Part shown: piece by piece, positions 58,300-64,000 of the stretch
Layout: each line of letters opens with the position of its first letter
Position numbering within the stretch: position 1 is the first letter of the stretch
Source: Microthyrium microscopicum
Lineage: Eukaryota
Assembly: GCA_010405405.1 (NCBI GenBank)
Contig: MU004230.1
Coordinates: forward strand, 1,026,627 to 1,090,626
Direction: 5' to 3'
Length of the DNA: 64,000 nt
Notes under the pieces: generated by a model
Told to the model about the DNA's origin: nothing
Database searches by the model: none
Seen by the model: the letters and a program-made list of their open reading frames with translations, nothing else
Made by a program: the position numbers and the translations under genes

Positions 58300-60486
58300 T
58301 CAGGCTGTTGCCTTCGCACTCTCAACAATCTTTATCCGTCCCTCTAAGCGAGGTGCTATAGCTTTTGTCCAATCTATTGACATTTCACTCTCGTCCAACG
58401 AGTCGCAGGTTTCCGAGTGCTCAACCAGGCCAGCCAAACGGCGCCATTTTCGTACGACTTTGCGTGCCAGCATCAGTTTCTGTTCACGCCTTTCACCCGA
58501 GGATCCCAACTTCTCATTTTTCAAGTCCTTCTCCGAAGCGTAGCCTTCACTGTCGTAGCCTGATAGGTCTTCCGCTGAAGAAGTCTCCGAACTTTGGTAT
58601 ATGCCGGTCTTCTGAATTGCTCGCCGCGCTGCCTCAACAGCGCCGGACCGGCCACTCGACTGCTTGGGTGGCTCAACCACCGCACAACTGGACTGAATCA
58701 ATCCCTGGTTGACGTTATCCCAGTGCTTCAGATGTTCAGTACTAAACATCTTCCAACGACCAAGGACCTTGAGGCTCATAAAGTACTGCCTCAGAATTGT
58801 CGAAATGAGCACACCATTCTCTTCATTGACGATTTGATCCTCTGGAGGAACCATGAGTGATTCGAAACCATCTTTTCCTCGCGCCATATAATCTCGGGTA
58901 GTCAGTTTGTACCTTCGCTTTGGGTCGAGGGGTTCTCCAGCTACGGAGACATCCATAATGCGGGACTCGACAGGCTTGGATGGATCAAAGGTAAATGTGA
59001 TGTTTGAAACTTGGGGAAAGCGTCCTTCCAAAGCTGGATGCTGGCTGACACTATTTTGCAGCGCGAGCAAAAGTTGCTCTCCAGTGACCATGATAACTAC
59101 TACTGGGTCCTCAAATGGGAAGCTATAGATGTTAGCAAACGTTCTGAATTATTCACTTAGGTACCATGCTATTGATTAGCCAAGGGGCACGTTTCTCGCA
59201 ATATGCAAATACCAAACCAACTCCATGCCTCTGTGAATCATGCCTCATCGCAGAGTTGTGGCTTGCTTGGTGCCGAAATGGTATGGGATGTTCTGTGACT
59301 TACCAGTTCATAATGTCCTTCATTTTTATGATTCCTGGTGGGTAAATTTGATCTCCACGTATAGTACCAGAAGCCATTATACAAGCATCGCTGTCATAAT
59401 AATACCTCATCAAATCACAGACGAAGTTCCCCATGTTGCTTTCCTTGGTGCGGACTGTGACGAACCGCGCGTCGAGAGGTGCGAGAGTATACCCAATAGG
59501 TTGCTCAAGTCGTGCCTTAAGTGTTTTGGTGAGCTTGCCCACATTCGACAGCGCTGTTGCGTCCTCCTGAATACTCGACACCACATCTCGTCGGGTAACT
59601 CGAAGCTTCCATGCTTTTCCTTCCGAGTTGCGCCAACATTCAATATAACTTAGTTGCTTGAAGTCTGTACCTGACCGGAGGACTTGAACGCCATTGATGC
59701 AGTTATGACTATAGAAGTGATCATGGCCTCCGAGAACAATATCCAGGACATCGCTACCCGTTTTCTGCGCTAGTTTGTTGTCATTCGGCTCTCGTTGGTG
59801 AGTGAGAGCTATTATGATGTCTGCCCCCTGGCTTTTGAGTTCCGGAACGAGCTTCTTTGCAGTCTCGCTAACGGATCGATACTCTAGATTAGGTGGTAGA
59901 GAGTTGACTGTGGCTAGCCACTCCCTCTCTCCAAGGCCAATCACACCTAATCTGATGCCATTCGAAGAAGTCAGCATCTTGGTAGGCAGAGCATTCCCTA
60001 ATGGAACATTGTCGCCCAAGGATTTGTCCAGGATGTTGGCAAGCAACCAAGGAAATTTGCACTTAGAGGCCAAATTCTGAAATTGAGGAACTCCAAAATC
60101 GAGATCATGGTTCTACAACGAAGTTAGTTGATCGCTCTTGGGGCAATTGACAGGCGAACATAACATACTCCAATACAAGCAACATCGGTCCCAATATCGT
60201 TTAGAATTTGGACCATATGTGCGCCTTTTGTGATGGTGGACTCCAAACTTGGATTGAATGCATCGCCAGAAAAGAAAGTTAGCAAGTCTGGCTGGCCTTT
60301 GAATTTTGGATCATGTCGATAGTAATTGATGAGAGTTTGAAAGCGGCTGATACCTCCAACCGGCTCGGAAGATGAGCTATCGACATGGTAAACATCATTA
60401 TAATGCAGAAGACGGAGGTCAGGAAGTGAGTCTGGAAGGGAAGGTGATTCGAAGGTTATTGATTCGCCTTCGGCAAGTGGTGGCAT
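58300..60486 (-). CDS. 5'-nucleotidase (metallophosphoesterase plus 5'-nucleotidase C-terminal domain), no signal peptide
   Basis: Exons 60486-60169, 60112-59304, 59122-58300. HYNDVYH, GDAFNPS, GNHDLDFG, GGHDH, ESNMGNF, NCFPFEDP, GRFPQVS, GKDGF. Confidence 0.92.
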
Positions 60487-61250
60487 GATTAACAGGCTGA
60501 CGTTGGAAATATTGCGCGAATTGATACTTGTTATTTTTGATTATAGGCTTTATAGGGCGTATTAAGTTTCGCGTCGAAGGTATTGTAGAGTTTGTACTCA
60601 AGGTTGGTTAAGAGATGAGTTGGCGCCTGTGGTGAGACCCGAGGGGCGTGGCAATTGCATGGCACTCCGAACTCATTTCAAGAAGTTACGGCTCTTGAAA
60701 CAGTTTCGACACTCTGCCAATTTGAAGCTTTCGACTTTAAGACTCGTGCGAAATAAATCAGGTCCAAATACAGACCCCCAAGGATTTTAGCATTCTAAAG
60801 TTTGGATCAGAGATTAGCTATGCGTGGGTTTAGGCTCTACTTCTGACATGCATTCTATCGACTTCTCTTTCTAGTACGGAGTATAACCTTAAGAGTGGTT
60901 TGTTATATTTTACAGTTATATAAACACGAATTCATCCAACTGATAGACAAAATAACTGGCGTGCCCCCACCAACTTCAATGGCTCCCAACAGCACACGCT
61001 GGTAATAAGTGCTTTATTTACCATACAGGGCGGCCAGACTCGGATGTTTATCGATTGGAATACAAAACATAACACCTCTGAATTAAATGCGTTTGTGGGA
61101 GCCAGTCGAGTTGATGGGAGAGCACCAGTTATTTTGTTATGCGGTTGATCGTCCTATCTTTCAGGTTTCCGAAGTTTGAGATGCTCGAGCATATCATGTC
61201 TACTACTTGACTCAGCAAAATGCCCAGTCACCACCCCTGTTGAGCTCTCT

Positions 61251-62389
61251 CTACGCTGATGCAGCGACAGGCTTCGCCGTGGTGTTGGGTACAGCCAAAG
61301 GTTCTTTGCGCCTGGGACTTTCGTCCAAGAAGCCGTCCCAGTCTCGTATATGGTCAATGATGACTTTTGATGCTTCTGGCGCGTTTACATTCCGCCCAAT
61401 GACCTCAACAAAGTCGCCTTCCGGATCTGTTTCAGTGGTGTTAGTAAGTATTTCAAAATCGGGATGATTTGTAGTATACCCATAAGATAGAAGTATATGC
61501 TGTGATCAACCAAGTAGTCTTGGCCGGGCTTGACATGCGGAGGTGTTGAAAAGTAGACTCGATAAACCTTGCAGGTTTGTTTAATATCTTCATATTCCCC
61601 AGTCAACCCGATGATATCCGGGTGGAATTCTTTCAGATACTGCTTTAACACAGCAGGTTGATCTCGAGCGGGATCGCAGGTGATCATGGCCGGTATCAGC
61701 ACATCTCCGCATGCAGCCTTGATTCGATCAATCATCTCGCTCATCTTGTCAAGTTCGTCGGGGCATATATCGGGACAATGGGTGAATCCGAAATAGAGCT
61801 TTGAGAGTTAGCCATAGCGTCGCAACCACAAGAACAACATCTCACCAGAGCGTATTTATCTTTGAGATCCTCGTGCGTAAAGGGCCTGCCATTTTGATCC
61901 ATCAAGCTGAAAGGTCCGCCGACCTTTGGTTTTCCAATGCCTTTAGTTTGACTCGCAATTCTCTTTCGTTCCATTCGAGCTCTTTCCTCGCGGAAGTATA
62001 GTACAAGTCCGGCACCAACAAGGATGAAGACGACGCCTGCCTTCAACGTCAAGGGCTGTTCAAAAACAAAGACAAATCAGCCAACTGGCCTAGCAAAAAG
62101 CTTACGCACCTCTGAGCAGGGCCTGGCGCGGGGATATTTCGAGAATCTTTACCCCTAGCTTGTTCCGGGACCGTATTTGATCCATTGATCTGGGAGAGTA
62201 TGCATGAGAGCTATTCGAGAATGGGCGCGAGCCATTCTTAGAGGGAGACCGAACGTGAAGGTGGTTGCGCGAAGACGATGAAAGCTGTTGAGCTCGAATG
62301 AAGGGTTGAAGGATGGGGCGGCTGCGGTAGGGACAGGAGTTCTCAAATGACTGGAAAAGTCGAGATGTGCCACGTCTAGATACCGCCAT
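61251..62389 (-). CDS. SCO1: Cytochrome c oxidase copper chaperone Sco1
   Basis: Exons 62389-62153, 62055-61846, 61798-61480, 61426-61251. Presequence, TM segment, GKPKVGGPF, YFGFTHCPDICPDELDKM (CxxxC), YLVDHSIYFYLMDPEG. Confidence 0.95.
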
Positions 62390-62703
62390 GTTGACAATGA
62401 TCGGGAAGTATCAAGGAAGACGTGGGTCGTAAAAGCAGCACCGTGGTGGTTGAAGAGACGTGCTTGACGTTCAATGTTGCGCATCGTCAACTTTTTTGAG
62501 CCGGCAACGCTGATTGGTCAACAGCCCGTCATCCATTTTGGCCATTGTTCATTACGATACCAACATTATTGGACGAAGCTATTGATCATTTATTTCTGAG
62601 ATTGAATCACGACATGTAGAAGCACAGGATAATCGATAAATCTGGGCAAAATGACTAGTTCATGCCGTGAAATTGAATGAGCACGACCATATAATTATGT
62701 TTA

Positions 62704-63600
62704 CTATTGCTTCATGTCTTTCAGAGCTCGACAGATACTCTCAATCCGATCTGAACATTCTAGTATAGCTTTCTCTATCCGTCGCTTTTCATCAATATCC
62801 GCATTCTGGGGCATCCGCACTGTCACTTTGTCCAAGTCACCCGACGACCTAAGGAGCAATTTGACCAGCGTACCGTCTCGTAGTTCCAATTCAATATTGC
62901 TAGCTCCAGGGTCGTAAGCCTTCACGTCCTTGACGCAATATCGACCATGGGCTCCAAAAGCATAACTTTGTTTCAGTGCTTCGATCTTGTCCGATCGGGT
63001 AGTGAGCCCAACCAACTCTTTGCGCACACCTTTCGCGAATGCATGAAGGTCTTGAGAGTGACCAGGAAGCGATGCTGCACTCTCGTCTTCGTCTTTGGTA
63101 GGCATATGCTTACGCAGTATCGGTCGGAGTGATATGCATGCGGGGATAGTGTGCTGATGAAGCTTTAAGACTCCGTCTTCGAACTGACGAAAAAGAAGGT
63201 AGTAAGGTGGTACAAAGCTATTTTGACCAGTGGAATATAAATCCAATCGAACCCCCAGTATTTTACCATTATTGACTGCATTGGGGTCGGGATCTTTAAC
63301 GCGAAATGCTGTGATGCCTGCTGTGATGCGAGCGTTGTTTGCGGCAATAGCAGAGGAGGTTTCCGAGAGTGTTGCTAACGCTCGATCGATGCCTGGAGGC
63401 TTTTGTGCACTATCATATGATTGGAGTGCAAGTTTTGTTCGTCTTGAACCGATCAGACTTGTAGACAATAAGGATTTTCTGTGTCGCAAAGCTTCGACTA
63501 GGAGGGGTTAGCGAGACGATACGCGTAGGAGGATGAATAAGACGAGCAACTCACTCTGCGCTCGTACTTGCGCAATTTCAGTATCGATCGCTGAATTCAT
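62704..63600 (-). CDS. MCM21: Kinetochore subunit CENP-O/Mcm21-like
   Basis: Exons 63600-63555 and 63497-62704. N-terminal coiled coil, AGITAFRVKDPDPNAVNNGKILGVRLD, PYYLLF, LHQHTIPACI. Confidence 0.8.
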
Positions 63601-64000
63601 TTTGGAATCCAAGCAGTTGATCTAGGAGGTTTGATCACGGCACTTCCTATGATTATGGAAATTGTCCCTTGACGCGTGTTTGGCGTTGCGTTGAGACTCG
63701 ATTGCAAGTCAACAAGATGCGCGCGATTTTGCACGTGCGCAGGCGGGACGGCAAGTCGGCCCGACCCTAGCGCAGCCTAAAAGAGTTAGCCGCTCGAGAA
63801 CTTCCATCTTTGATCTTCCTGAAATCGATACACGGAGAACAATTTAGACGCACATGACGAGCCTGTGAACAGTTATCATTCTATCCTTTCATTATCAGAA
63901 GCAAGAAAGCCATGCTATCTACGTGTACTACTCTATCACTTTCTGTCGCAATTCTCTATGGGTTATGCTCCAATGGAATCCTTGATTCTGGCCCCTGACT

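Noticed and set aside
59123..59304. Stwintron ([D1,2]-type) reading of the 5'-nucleotidase intron
   Set aside because: The rebuilt donor would be a poor GCATGG and would shift the conserved NCFPFEDP frame.
62056..62152. Stronger-looking internal donors (GTAAGC at 62105, GTGCGT at 62109) in SCO1 intron 1
   Set aside because: Both put exon 2 out of frame; only the GTAAAG donor at 62152 gives Sco1, and nothing supports regulated use of the others.
18193..62389. Copper theme linking the multicopper oxidase, the Cys-rich DUF1399 tail and SCO1
   Set aside because: The genes are tens of kb apart and separated by unrelated housekeeping genes; no shared motif was seen.
63854..64000. Possible gene start at the right edge
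   Set aside because: The ATG-initiated ORFs there are short or truncated and have no recognisable sequence.
1..64000. CRISPR arrays, rRNA, transposase or retroelement ORFs, PKS/NRPS clusters
   Set aside because: No repeat-spacer arrays, rRNA signatures, DDE/RT/integrase motifs or megasynthase domains were seen.

Overview
Gene-dense eukaryotic DNA from a filamentous ascomycete (Pezizomycotina-type): short GT-AG introns with CTRAY branch points. About 27 loci can be modelled. Most are housekeeping genes: BUD4 (3'-truncated at the window edge), ESS1/PIN1, RPB9, BLM10, PSF3, PAB1, an EngB GTPase, a thiolase, CCDC124, ABP1, a PEBP, DNM1, SmG, REV3, a 5'-nucleotidase, SCO1 and a CENP-O/MCM21-like gene. 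Two accessory-looking islands interrupt them: about 12-20 kb (HET pseudogene, methyltransferase, secreted PA/M28-like protein, multicopper oxidase) and about 33.9-37.3 kb (DUF1399 protein with a Cys-Gly repeat tail, FSH1-type hydrolase, a 54-aa membrane microprotein). The most striking signal is in RPB9: its 485-nt second intron is an open, in-frame, coding-like extension with its own CxxC-x5-CxxC motif and an acidic tail, suggesting a second Rpb9 isoform with a swapped C-terminal domain. Also notable are the 12-Cys (GCNGEC)x4 tail on the DUF1399 protein, a stop-free in-frame BUD4 intron, and the microprotein that the ORF track missed. No tRNA, rRNA, transposon or CRISPR feature could be supported. 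All gene models were built by eye and all family calls come from motif recognition; no database search was run.
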